Positions 50,390 through 59,916 of a DNA stretch of 64,000 nucleotides are shown here, one piece after another. Source of the stretch: an uncultured Tissierellia bacterium. Its GTDB lineage: Bacteria > Bacillota > Clostridia > Tissierellales > Peptoniphilaceae. The notes beneath the pieces are model-generated. The model had not been told where the DNA came from. It saw only the letters and a list, made by a program, of their open reading frames with translations, and did no database searches. Position numbers and translations under genes: made by a program. The DNA is taken from contig CABTWE010000004.1 of NCBI GenBank assembly GCA_902488465.1, forward strand, positions 10,654 to 74,653, read 5' to 3'. How positions within the stretch are numbered: the stretch's first letter is position 1; each line of letters begins with the position of its first letter.

Positions 50390-51453
50390 GTAAAAATATT
50401 TCTTGTTCTGTCAGTGAATCGTTCACGGTCATAGAACGCATGATAGACTTCTGTGAATTTTTCGTTTAGATAAAAGAGTTCTCGAGATTTTTCGGGAACT
50501 TTTTTTATGTCCGCATACTTCAATATCAGTGCATCTTTATTTTTTATTTCCAAAAGCTTCTCGATGCCTTTTTCACTTGCGGCGAGAGGACGAATGAATT
50601 TTGTGTTCTTGTGGTTTATATAGTCGCAGTTTTTCATTCCGATTACCGCCTTTAAAGTTTCCCTCTTTATGCGGGAGCGGGAGAGTCTTTTGTGGTATGC
50701 GTTTTCAATAAATTCGTCGAAATTTTTTGAAGTAAATGCAGCGGTTTGTATGCGTGTGACGTCGGAGTCATCTAGATTTTCGAATTCTCCGTTTATTGCG
50801 GCAATCAAGATCGACGAAAAGATTTTGTCGTTTGCATTAAAAAGCACTCTGCCTTCCGACTTTATCTTTTCACGTATCGGACTTGCGCTAAATCCTGAAA
50901 GGTCGGTGCTGTTGTAGTCGCTCACAATGCGATCTATCGGAAAGAATCCGATTTCTTTCGGAAGATTTTCGATATATTCTATAGCAAGCAGGTCGTTACT
51001 TTCAGGATATATCCCGAATTTTTCTCGAATCTCTTCTCGAAGAAAAATATTGTATGAGATTTTGTCGTCAAATTTTTCAAGCGATTTCCTTTTTTCCGAA
51101 ATGAATTTTGCGGCACCGGATAAAAAGTTTTTGTCAGCGTGCTCGGCACCAAAGAAAATTTGGTCGATGATTCCGGTTTCGGATAATATTCGAACGGACT
51201 CTTTCGAAAACACTGTAGCGCCGTTTAAGGAGTAGATTGCCGGAAGTTCGAGGACAATGTCAACTCCGGCGTCAACTGCGGACTTCGCACGTGTCCATTT
51301 ATCGAAAATTGCAAACTCGCCGCGCACTGTGTAGTCGCCGCTCATAATTGCGACAATTGTTGCGTCCGGAAATTGTTCACTTGCTTTTTTTATTATGTAC
51401 TTGTGTCCTTCGGTCGTCGGATTAAACTCCGCAACAATTCCAAGTGTCGTCAT
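50377..51453 (-). CDS. tmcAL: tRNA(Met) cytidine acetate ligase TmcAL (YlbM), divergent motifs
   Basis: GIVAEFNP..GH, MSG...RGE, VLELP, FGAE, IRPL; start at ATG 51453 after GAGG; divergent from ackA. Confidence 0.82.
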   Translation of the reverse strand: MTTLGIVAEFNPTTEGHKYIIKKASEQFPDATIVAIMSGDYTVRGEFAIFDKWTRAKSAVDAGVDIVLELPAIYSLNGATVFSKESVRILSETGIIDQIFFGAEHADKNFLSGAAKFISEKRKSLEKFDDKISYNIFLREEIREKFGIYPESNDLLAIEYIENLPKEIGFFPIDRIVSDYNSTDLSGFSASPIREKIKSEGRVLFNANDKIFSSILIAAINGEFENLDDSDVTRIQTAAFTSKNFDEFIENAYHKRLSRSRIKRETLKAVIGMKNCDYINHKNTKFIRPLAASEKGIEKLLEIKNKDALILKYADIKKVPEKSRELFYLNEKFTEVYHAFYDRERFTDRTRNIFTNEA

Positions 51454-51607
51454 AATATCCTCTCTTTCACATATAATTATATAATTGAAATAAATTAATT
51501 GCAAATTTTTAATTAATGGTTATTTTTCGTTATTTCACTTGATTTTTAATCGCAATTGGTATATCATTATATGAGAGATTAATTTCAAATAAAGAAAGGG
51601 TGTTTAA

Positions 51608-52801
51608 ATGAAAATTTTAGTAATTAATTGCGGAAGCTCAAGTTTAAAATATCAATTAATCGATATGGCAAACGAAGATGTTATGGCAAGTGGATTAGTT
51701 GAAAGAATCGGGATTGAAGGCTCGAAGTTGACACACAAGAAAGACGGAGAAAAGTTTGTAACAGAAACAGAAATGAAGGACCACAGAGTTGCTTTGAAAC
51801 TTGTTTTGGACGAACTGTTAAACAAAGAACACGGAGCAATTTCCGATTTGAAGGAAATCAATGCTGTTGGACACAGAGTTGTTCACGGTGGTGAAAAGTT
51901 CAACGATTCAGTTGTTGTAGACGACAAGGTTTTACAAGAAATCAAGGAATGTTTTGCACTTGCACCGCTTCACAATCCTGCAAACCTTATGGGAATTGAA
52001 GCTATTCAAGGTTTGATGCCTGAAGTACCGAATGTTGTAGTTTTTGATACAGCTTTCCACCAAACAATGCCGGAAGAAAATTATTTATACGCTCTTCCTT
52101 ATGAATATTATGAAAAATACAAGGTTAGAAGATACGGCTTCCACGGAACAAGCCATAATTTTGTTTCAAAGAGAGCTGCTGATATCCTCGGTAAGAAACG
52201 TGAAGATTTAAGAATCATCACATGTCACCTTGGAAATGGAAGCTCAATGGCTGCTGTTGATCACGGCAAGGTTATCGACACATCAATGGGTCTCACACCG
52301 CTTGAAGGTGTATGTATGGGAACAAGATGCGGAGATATGGACCCTGCAATTGTTACATTCATTATGGAAAAAGAAGGACTTTCTCCAAAGGAAATGGACA
52401 ATGTTATGAATAAGAAGAGCGGTGTTTTAGCTCTTTCAGGCATTTCATCAGACTTCAGAGACATCGAAGCTGAAGTTGGCAAAAACAAGAGAGCAGAAAT
52501 TGCTCTAAATCAATTTGCTAACCGTGTAAGAAAATATATCGGCGCATACGCAACACAAATGGGTGGCGTAGATGTAATTGTATTCACAGCAGGTGTTGGT
52601 GAAAACTCAATCGAAATGAGAGAACAAATTCTTTCAAAACTTGAATTTATGGGCGTTAAAGTCGATAAAGAAAAGAACAATGTTAGAGGAAAAGAAGCTA
52701 TCATAAGCACAGACGATTCAAAGATTATTGCTATGGCAATTCCTACAAATGAAGAACTTATGATTGCAAGAGATACAAAAAGACTTACGGAAAATAAATA
52801 A
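51608..52801 (+). CDS. ackA: Acetate kinase
   Basis: [36 protein letters not shown]; promoter TTGATT-17-TATCAT at 51539-51567. Confidence 0.98.
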   Translation: MKILVINCGSSSLKYQLIDMANEDVMASGLVERIGIEGSKLTHKKDGEKFVTETEMKDHRVALKLVLDELLNKEHGAISDLKEINAVGHRVVHGGEKFNDSVVVDDKVLQEIKECFALAPLHNPANLMGIEAIQGLMPEVPNVVVFDTAFHQTMPEENYLYALPYEYYEKYKVRRYGFHGTSHNFVSKRAADILGKKREDLRIITCHLGNGSSMAAVDHGKVIDTSMGLTPLEGVCMGTRCGDMDPAIVTFIMEKEGLSPKEMDNVMNKKSGVLALSGISSDFRDIEAEVGKNKRAEIALNQFANRVRKYIGAYATQMGGVDVIVFTAGVGENSIEMREQILSKLEFMGVKVDKEKNNVRGKEAIISTDDSKIIAMAIPTNEELMIARDTKRLTENK

Positions 52802-52805
52802 GCTA

Positions 52806-52834
52806 TTGACAAACACAAAAAAATAGTTTATAAT
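52806..52834 (+). promoter_or_regulatory. Consensus SigA promoter of rpmF
   Basis: TTGACA-17-TATAAT. Confidence 0.88.
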
Positions 52835-52871
52835 ATCCTATTGACTGATAAATTTTTAGGAGGTGTAATTT

Positions 52872-53054
52872 ATGGCAGTACCTAAGAGAAGAACGGGCAA
52901 AGCTAGAAAGAACAAAAGAAGAGCTTCATCCTACACTCTTCCAAGAGTTAGCGTTATGAAATGCCCGGAATGCGGAGAACCTAAGAGACCGCATAGAGTA
53001 TGCCCACACTGTGGATATTACAATAAAAGAGAAGTTATAACTGTAGAACAATAA
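52872..53054 (+). CDS. rpmF: 50S ribosomal protein L32 (zinc-ribbon form)
   Basis: MAVPKR, CPEC..PHRVCPHCGYY. Confidence 0.97.
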   Translation: MAVPKRRTGKARKNKRRASSYTLPRVSVMKCPECGEPKRPHRVCPHCGYYNKREVITVEQ

Positions 53055-53061
53055 TTTGTTT

Positions 53062-53101
53062 GGGAGCCTTACTTTTGATGTTAAAAGTACGGCTCTTTTT
53101 T
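53062..53101 (+). terminator. Intrinsic terminator
   Basis: GGGAGCC-TACTTTT/AAAAGTA-GGCTCTT followed by a T tract. Confidence 0.8.
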
Positions 53102-53154
53102 ACGCTTGAAATAATATGATTTTTATCATATAATTATTATATATGGAGGTCGGT

Positions 53155-54132
53155 ATGAAAATTTTACTTGATTCGAGTGGTCTTGATAAAGGACCCGACA
53201 TTGTCATTGAGGCTGCCAAAAAAGCCAAAAATGATTTAAATATTCAAGTTGCAATTGTCGGTCTTCCCGATTTAAAAGAAAAGGTCGAGGAAGCGGGCAT
53301 TGAGTTTGTACCGGCTGAAACGGAGATTACTCCTAATCACGAAAATCCGGCGCTTGCAATCAGAAGAGAAAAGACCAGCACTATTGTTGTCGGACTTAAT
53401 CTTTTGAAAGAGGGCAGTGTGGATGCTTTCGTTTCAGGAGGAAGCACCGGAGCAGTTCTTGCAGGCGGTATGCTTGTTGTAGGAAGGCTTCCTGGCGTCA
53501 AAAGAGCGGCACTCTCGACTTATGTCCCGACAAAAAAAGGATATGTCGTCTTGATAGATATGGGTGCTAATGTCGACGTCACACCGGATGTGCTTTATTC
53601 ATTCGGGGTTATGGCAAAGTGTTATGCGGAGTCGATTTTAAATATCGAAAATCCGAGAATTTCACTTTTAAATAACGGTGCGGAAGAACACAAGGGCAAC
53701 GCTCTTACAAAGGAAGCATATCAGCTTTTCAAAAACAGCGATTTGAACTTTGTCGGAAATATGGAAGCAAGATATATTTTTGACGGAGATACGGATGTTG
53801 TTGTTATGGACGGCTTTGCGGGAAATGCAATTGTCAAGGCGCTTGAAGGCGGTTTTAGATTTACAAATTATCTTTTAAAAAGTGCTGCTAAAAAAAGTTT
53901 CATAACAAAAATCGGTTTGGGACTTGCAAAAGCGGGCTTAAAAAAGGAAATGAGCATATTGGATTCTTCACAATATGGCGGTGTGCCTCTTTTGGGGCTT
54001 AAAAAACCGGTCATAAAAGCACACGGAAGTTCCGATGCTAACGCAATTTACAATTCGATTATAGTTGCGAAAAATACTATTGAGTCCAACATGATTGAAA
54101 AGATAGAAAAATCGTTTAAAGGAGAAGAATAA
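53155..54132 (+). CDS. plsX: Phosphate acyltransferase PlsX
   Basis: GSTGA, DMGAN, GAEEHKG, DGFAGN, KAHGSS; promoter TTGAAA-17-TATAAT at 53106-53134. Confidence 0.95.
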   Translation: MKILLDSSGLDKGPDIVIEAAKKAKNDLNIQVAIVGLPDLKEKVEEAGIEFVPAETEITPNHENPALAIRREKTSTIVVGLNLLKEGSVDAFVSGGSTGAVLAGGMLVVGRLPGVKRAALSTYVPTKKGYVVLIDMGANVDVTPDVLYSFGVMAKCYAESILNIENPRISLLNNGAEEHKGNALTKEAYQLFKNSDLNFVGNMEARYIFDGDTDVVVMDGFAGNAIVKALEGGFRFTNYLLKSAAKKSFITKIGLGLAKAGLKKEMSILDSSQYGGVPLLGLKKPVIKAHGSSDANAIYNSIIVAKNTIESNMIEKIEKSFKGEE

Positions 54133-54362
54133 TGGATATTGAAAAAAAGATTTATGAGTCTATAGCTTCACAATTTGGCGTTGAAGCAAACACTCTGAAT
54201 GAAAACACTTCATTTAAAGAAGATTTGAATGCGGATTCGCTCGATTTGGTTGAACTTATTATGGCTCTTGAAACAGAGCTTAATATCGAAGCGGATGATG
54301 ATGATTTAGAAAAGATTGAAACAATCGGCGATTGCATTAAGTTTGTTAAAAAGAGCATTTAA
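54132..54362 (+). CDS. acpP: Acyl carrier protein
   Basis: DLNADSLDLVELIM. Confidence 0.96.
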   Translation: MDIEKKIYESIASQFGVEANTLNENTSFKEDLNADSLDLVELIMALETELNIEADDDDLEKIETIGDCIKFVKKSI

Positions 54363-54375
54363 GAAATGGTAATTT

Positions 54376-54407
54376 ATCCGGTGGGCATATCTACCGGATT
54401 ATTTTTT
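54376..54407 (+). terminator. Intrinsic terminator or attenuating hairpin between acpP and smc
   Basis: ATCCGGTGG/CTACCGGAT followed by TATTTTTT. Confidence 0.7.
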
Positions 54408-54424
54408 GAAGTTGAGGGATTATT

Positions 54425-57400
54425 TTGTTTCTAAAAGAATTGACCATAAAGGGTTTTAAAAGTTTTTTGAATACAACAAAGCTTGATTTTTTTCATGGGG
54501 TTACTGCTATTGTCGGACCAAACGGAAGCGGCAAGAGCAATATTTCCGATGCCATCAGATGGGTTTTGGGAGAAACAAGTATAAAAACTCTTCGCGGAAA
54601 CAAGATGGAAGATGTTATTTTCACCGGAACGGATGATATTAAACCGGTCGGATTTGCAGAAGTTGAAATAAAGTTCAGCGAATGTGAACTCGAAAGATTT
54701 CCGTATTCTGAAATCGTTGTTTCAAGAAGAGTGTACCGCGACGGAGAAAGCGAGTACTACATAAATAAAAATAAGGTGAGACTGAAGGATGTGCGTGAAC
54801 TTTTCATGGACACAGGTTTGGGGCGTGACGGCTACAGCATCATCGGTCAGGGGCAAATCGACAATGTTCTCTCGACGAAGCCGGAGGATAGACGTTTTAT
54901 TTTTGAAGAGGCGAGCGGAATAAGCAAGTTCCGTTATAAGAGAGAAGAAGCACTCACGAAGATAAAGAACGCGAATGACGATCTCGACAGACTCACTGAT
55001 GTTTACAGCGAAATAAAAAAGAATTATGAACGCTTGAAGACGGAAAGTTCAAAAGCGAAAGAATATACAGAGCTTGCAATTGTAAAAAAAGATTTGGAGC
55101 TCGATTTGATGTACAAAAATTTAATCAAAAACGCCGAAGACAGAAAGAAGCTTATCGATTCTATTGAGATTTATGAAAATGACAAGAAACGTGAAAACGA
55201 TAACATCATCAAGCTCAAAGAAGACTCGAAAGAAATCGAGAAAAAAATCGACGAACTTTCAATTGTAATCGACAATGTATCAAAAGAGAAAATGGAAGTC
55301 ATCAGAAGTTTCACAGAGTCAAAGGGAAACCACAGGCTCGAAGCTGAAAATATCAAGAGACTCGAGTCGGACATTTCAACTTTCAAGAGCACAATCGAGA
55401 CGAATCTCGAAAAAATCGAGCAATATAAAACTTCGAACAAAGAATTGGCAATTATTTTAAATTCTACGGATGACGGCGGACTATCAAGTGACGAAAAGGA
55501 AAAGAGAACAGAACTTTCAGAAAAGTTAGATACGATGTCGAAAAATCTCGAAGCTCTTAGAGACAAGATGATGAGCGAAAATCTTTCGTACAACAAGAGT
55601 AAACTCGATTTTGACTCCAATAAAAAGCGTGAGGAGTTTTATGATGAAAGAATCGAAAATCTCGAAAGTTCTCTTGAGGATTTAAAGAGTACGCTCGAAA
55701 TTTCGAGAAGAGATTTCGAGGATTTATGCGAAGGTCTGGAGAAAAAACGTGATTCATTAAAAGAACTTGAAAGCACGATAGGTGAATCTCGAGAAACTTT
55801 AGCACGCATGCAAAAAGAGACTCAGGAGTTTAATAAAAATAAAGAAAATCTCGAGAACAAAATCAGAAACTATAAATATGAACTCGCACTAAAGAACAAT
55901 ATTTTAGAGCAGTATCAACTTTCGGGTTTCTCGAACAAGAAAGTGAACGAAAAGTTTAAAAATGACAAGGGCTATCTTGCCGAAGTCACATACAATATCG
56001 ATGTCGATTCGAAGTACACAAAGGCGATTGAAACGGCATTCGGTGCAAAACTGGGCTATATAATAACGAGAACGCAAGACGATGCAAAGGAAATGGTTGA
56101 ATTTTTAAAGACGAACAAATTCGGTAGGGCGACATTTTTACCGCTCGAGCTTTACAACAAGCCGACAAATTTCAAAGCTTTAAAACCTGACGAAGACTGT
56201 CTCGGTTATGCGGCGGACCATGTTAAAACAAGTCCGGAACTCGAGAATCTTATCAGGAGCGTTTTGGGACCGATTGTGATTTTTAGAGATTTAAAAAGTG
56301 CGACTTTAAAACGCCGCGAATATAATTCGAGCATCGTGACGCTTGACGGAGAGTTCCTCCACTTTTCCGGCTCTATAACCGGCGGTGAAGGGAAGAAAGA
56401 GCAAATCACACCTCTCTCTATCAAAAACGAAATCAAGGCGCTAAAAACGGATTTAAACGCGAATGAAGAGAATCTTAAAAAATTGGGCGATGTCGAAGCA
56501 CTTATAAATAATTTCAACAGCTTTAAAGAGAAGTACGACTCTAGTGTTCGAGATTATGAAAATTATAAAATTGAATTTGCCAAAGATCAGAACGAGAAAA
56601 ATCTTATGGAAGACAAACTCGGCGCAATTGAAGAGAGAAAAGCCGGACTTTTGGAGGAATTAAAAAAGATTAATGCCGAAAAGAGCTCGATTTTGATTGA
56701 TGAGATTTCGGACGAAGCGTACAATAAATCAAAGACGGAATATGAAAGCTACAAGTCCGAGTTCGAGAAATTCAAGGAGTCGGCCGACGATACTTTGAGG
56801 GAGTTAAACGAAAAGGAAAACAATATAAAGCTTTTCTTGTATAAAAAGGAAAACGCACAGTCGAGAATCGACGAAAACAATTTGCAAGTTAAGAATTTGG
56901 AAATTGAAAACGAAAATCTAAAGAAGACTCTCGAAGAAAACAAGAAAATGCTCGAAGAAAAGGGAGAAATAAAAGATTCACTCTTTAAGAGTATGACTGA
57001 GTTTGAAGAAAAGGAAAAATTAATCGATTCAAAAACAAACGAACTATATAAAGAACGAAATGAGCTCAGAGCGAAGTTTGAAACTCTCTCGATTCAAGAG
57101 GACTCGATAAGAGAAAACATTACGGGTATAAACGAAAAGATAAATTCCGATAATTTAAAAATCGCAAGAATCGATGAAAATCTCGAGATTAAAAAGAGTG
57201 ATTTATTGAATGAATATAATATTTCATATGACGAATTTATCGCAAGCGAAAGAGAAACAGCTTCTTTAAGAGAACTCACTCAAAATATAAACGAAATCAA
57301 CTCAAAGATTGAGTTGATGGGACCGGTTAATATGTCGGCAATTGCAGGATATAAAGAAGCACTTGAGAGAAAGACTTTCTATGAAAAACAAATTGCCGAT

Positions 57401-57925
57401 TGCAAGGATTCGATTGACGACTTGCTTTCGATTTTGAAAAAGATAAATCGCGATATGAAGGCACAATTTAACGAAGCATTTGCAGAAATAAGAAACAACT
57501 TCAAATATGTTTTTGAAGAACTATTTAACGGTGGAAAGGCGGATCTAACGATGACGGACCCGGACGACCCATTGAACACAGGAATTCAAATTATTGCAAA
57601 ACCGCCTGGAAAGAAAGAACAACAGCTTAGCCTTTTGTCGGGTGGAGAAAAAACTTTGACCGCAATGGCACTTCTCTTCGCATTTTTAAAACTTAAACCG
57701 TCGCCGTTTTGTATACTTGACGAGATAGACGCGGCACTCGACGACGCAAACATTATGCGTTATACAAATTTCTTAAGAAAGTTGAGCGAAGACAGTCAAT
57801 TCTTAATCATCACGCACAGAAAACCGACACTCGAAGTTGCGGACACAATTTACGGTGTGTGCATGAGAAAGAAGGGTATAAGCGATATCATAAGCATGAG
57901 AATTGAAGAATATGAAGAAGAATAA
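54425..57925 (+). CDS. smc: Chromosome segregation protein SMC
   Basis: GFKSF, GPNGSGKSN, long coiled coils, hinge GRATFLPL, LSGGE, LDEIDAALD; TTG start. Confidence 0.97.
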   Translation: MFLKELTIKGFKSFLNTTKLDFFHGVTAIVGPNGSGKSNISDAIRWVLGETSIKTLRGNKMEDVIFTGTDDIKPVGFAEVEIKFSECELERFPYSEIVVSRRVYRDGESEYYINKNKVRLKDVRELFMDTGLGRDGYSIIGQGQIDNVLSTKPEDRRFIFEEASGISKFRYKREEALTKIKNANDDLDRLTDVYSEIKKNYERLKTESSKAKEYTELAIVKKDLELDLMYKNLIKNAEDRKKLIDSIEIYENDKKRENDNIIKLKEDSKEIEKKIDELSIVIDNVSKEKMEVIRSFTESKGNHRLEAENIKRLESDISTFKSTIETNLEKIEQYKTSNKELAIILNSTDDGGLSSDEKEKRTELSEKLDTMSKNLEALRDKMMSENLSYNKSKLDFDSNKKREEFYDERIENLESSLEDLKSTLEISRRDFEDLCEGLEKKRDSLKELESTIGESRETLARMQKETQEFNKNKENLENKIRNYKYELALKNNILEQYQLSGFSNKKVNEKFKNDKGYLAEVTYNIDVDSKYTKAIETAFGAKLGYIITRTQDDAKEMVEFLKTNKFGRATFLPLELYNKPTNFKALKPDEDCLGYAADHVKTSPELENLIRSVLGPIVIFRDLKSATLKRREYNSSIVTLDGEFLHFSGSITGGEGKKEQITPLSIKNEIKALKTDLNANEENLKKLGDVEALINNFNSFKEKYDSSVRDYENYKIEFAKDQNEKNLMEDKLGAIEERKAGLLEELKKINAEKSSILIDEISDEAYNKSKTEYESYKSEFEKFKESADDTLRELNEKENNIKLFLYKKENAQSRIDENNLQVKNLEIENENLKKTLEENKKMLEEKGEIKDSLFKSMTEFEEKEKLIDSKTNELYKERNELRAKFETLSIQEDSIRENITGINEKINSDNLKIARIDENLEIKKSDLLNEYNISYDEFIASERETASLRELTQNINEINSKIELMGPVNMSAIAGYKEALERKTFYEKQIADCKDSIDDLLSILKKINRDMKAQFNEAFAEIRNNFKYVFEELFNGGKADLTMTDPDDPLNTGIQIIAKPPGKKEQQLSLLSGGEKTLTAMALLFAFLKLKPSPFCILDEIDAALDDANIMRYTNFLRKLSEDSQFLIITHRKPTLEVADTIYGVCMRKKGISDIISMRIEEYEEE

Positions 57926-58029
57926 ATAAATGTTATGTTCCACCGTTTTAAGGGTATCAATAAATTGTAAGAGATTTAACTTGAAAGACGATATAAAATT
58001 TGGTGTTTTAAAAATTGGAGGAATATAAT

Positions 58030-58284
58030 ATGGACAAAGAAAAAGATTTAAAAAAAGCGCAAGCAGAAGACACGAAGGAATTAAAAGATGTGAAAGTTGT
58101 AAGAGCTGAAGATTTAAAAAACAGCGAACTTAACAAAATGGAATCACTTCAAACTCCTGAAGGCGGAATTTCGGGCGTTGAAAGCGAACAAATCGACAAA
58201 ACAATCGATGTAACACAACCGAATGTTGTTGTCGGTGAGGAAGCTGAAAAACTCGAAAAAGACATGAAAGAAAAAAACAAATAA
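58030..58284 (+). CDS. Small hydrophilic hypothetical protein (84 aa)
   Basis: GGAGG SD, own terminator, K/E/D-rich, codon style like the host genes. Confidence 0.75.
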   Translation: MDKEKDLKKAQAEDTKELKDVKVVRAEDLKNSELNKMESLQTPEGGISGVESEQIDKTIDVTQPNVVVGEEAEKLEKDMKEKNK

Positions 58285-58359
58285 AAGTTTCATGAAGATT
58301 AAATAAATTCTTTTTATTTGAAACTTTTAAAACAAAAAATATATCGATTTTTATCGATG

Positions 58360-58385
58360 AAAGCGGCAGAGATGTCGCTTTTTTT
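58360..58385 (+). terminator. Intrinsic terminator
   Basis: AAAGCGGCA/TGTCGCTTT followed by a T tract. Confidence 0.82.
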
Positions 58386-58386
58386 G

Positions 58387-58427
58387 TGTGTATAATGATT
58401 GAAAAGAAATATATTTTAATGTATAAT
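58387..58427 (+). promoter_or_regulatory. Tandem SigA promoters for ftsY
   Basis: TATAAT at 58391-58396, and TTGAAA-17-TATAAT at 58399-58427. Confidence 0.7.
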
Positions 58428-58458
58428 TAAATGTAATGTTAAATTAAGGAGAGATTGA

Positions 58459-59814
58459 ATGTTTAATTGGTTTAAAAATAAATTTTCTAAGAAAAAAGAA
58501 AATGATGAAAATAAGATTGAAGAAGTTATAGAGGAGTCAACAAAAAAAGTTGATGAAGCGGAAATATCAGAACCGATTTTCCAAAAGAAAACCGAGTCAC
58601 ATGAAATAAAAAATGAGCCGACTTTTGAAAAGAAGGTTGAAACTCATGAAGAATCATTTAAAAATGAAACTATAAAAACAGAAGTTCCTGAAAAGAAAGA
58701 AGAACCTGTTAAAAAAGAAGTTATTGAAGAAAAGCATGCCAAACCGGCTCCTAAGATTGAAACGCGCGAAGAAATAAAAGAAGAACCGAAAAAAGAAGTT
58801 TTTGAAGAAAAGCATGAACTGCCGAAAAAAGAATTCATTCACGCGGCGGTAAAAAAAGAAATTGAAAATACTGATAAAGAAGAAGAGCTGAAAGACACGA
58901 AGGAAAGCATATTCAAGAGATTTATGAAAGGCGTCAACAAGACCAGAAAGAATTTCAGCTACCAAATCAACTCTGTATTTACAGAAAACGATATCGACGA
59001 CGATTTCTATGAAGAACTTGAAGAAGTTATGGTTATGGGCGACATCGGCGCGTCGACAACAATGACTATTATTGACATTTTGAAGGAAAGAATTGTCGAT
59101 AAAGGTATTCACAAAACTTCGGAAGCAAAGGAACTTTTAAAAGAAATTATTTTGGAAGTTATGAACGAACATATCGAGGACAATTATCTTCACCTCGAAC
59201 CGTCACCGGCAATTTTGATGCTTGTCGGTGTTAACGGAGTCGGAAAGACAACGACATGTGGAAAGCTTGCATATCAATTTAAACAAGAGGGCAAGAGTGT
59301 TGCAATTATCGCTGCTGACACATTTAGAGCTGCCGCAATCGAACAGCTCGAAGTTTGGGGTGAGAGAGCGGGTGTTAAAATCATAAGTCAAAAAGAAGGC
59401 TCGGACCCTGCTGCAGTTGTTTTTGACGGACTCGATTATTCGATCAAAAACAATATCGACATCACAATTATCGATACAGCGGGACGTCTTCACAACAAGG
59501 TGAACCTCATGAACGAGCTCAACAAGGTAAGGAGAATTATTGACAAGAAGATGCCGAATGCAACGATGGAAGTTATATTGGCACTCGACGCTACTACGGG
59601 ACAAAACGCACTCCTTCAAGTAAAGGAATTTAAAGAAGCTGCTGAAATTACAGGAGTTTCTTTAAACAAACTCGACGGCACTGCAAAGGGCGGAGTTATA
59701 ATTCCGATCCAATACGAAGAAAAAATTCCGGTAAAGATTGTCGGTGTCGGAGAATCGATTTACGACCTTCAACCTTTCGAGCCGGAACTCTTTGTAAATG
59801 CTATATTTGAGTAA
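58459..59814 (+). CDS. ftsY: SRP receptor FtsY with long charged N-terminal extension
   Basis: GVNGVGKTT, DTFRAAA, DTAGR, DATTGQN, KLDGTAKGG. Confidence 0.97.
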   Translation: MFNWFKNKFSKKKENDENKIEEVIEESTKKVDEAEISEPIFQKKTESHEIKNEPTFEKKVETHEESFKNETIKTEVPEKKEEPVKKEVIEEKHAKPAPKIETREEIKEEPKKEVFEEKHELPKKEFIHAAVKKEIENTDKEEELKDTKESIFKRFMKGVNKTRKNFSYQINSVFTENDIDDDFYEELEEVMVMGDIGASTTMTIIDILKERIVDKGIHKTSEAKELLKEIILEVMNEHIEDNYLHLEPSPAILMLVGVNGVGKTTTCGKLAYQFKQEGKSVAIIAADTFRAAAIEQLEVWGERAGVKIISQKEGSDPAAVVFDGLDYSIKNNIDITIIDTAGRLHNKVNLMNELNKVRRIIDKKMPNATMEVILALDATTGQNALLQVKEFKEAAEITGVSLNKLDGTAKGGVIIPIQYEEKIPVKIVGVGESIYDLQPFEPELFVNAIFE

Positions 59815-59848
59815 TTTATAAATATTTATGAAAAATGCAAAAAAACTA

Positions 59849-59903
59849 TTGACAAGCGGTTATTTATTTGATATTATATCTATGTCAACAAAAAAGGTTG
59901 ACA
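59849..59903 (+). promoter_or_regulatory. SigA promoter of ylxM-ffh with an inverted repeat at the predicted start site
   Basis: TTGACA-17-TATTAT with TG; TGTCAAC-N7-GTTGACA at 59883-59903. Confidence 0.75.
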
Positions 59904-59916
59904 AGGGGTTGTTGTT

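Noticed and set aside
51454..51504. N-terminal extensions in the ORF track (tmcAL; also pknB, ffh, plsX, rsmB, fmt, rseC, oppB)
   Set aside because: Downstream ATGs have proper SDs or match the family N-termini
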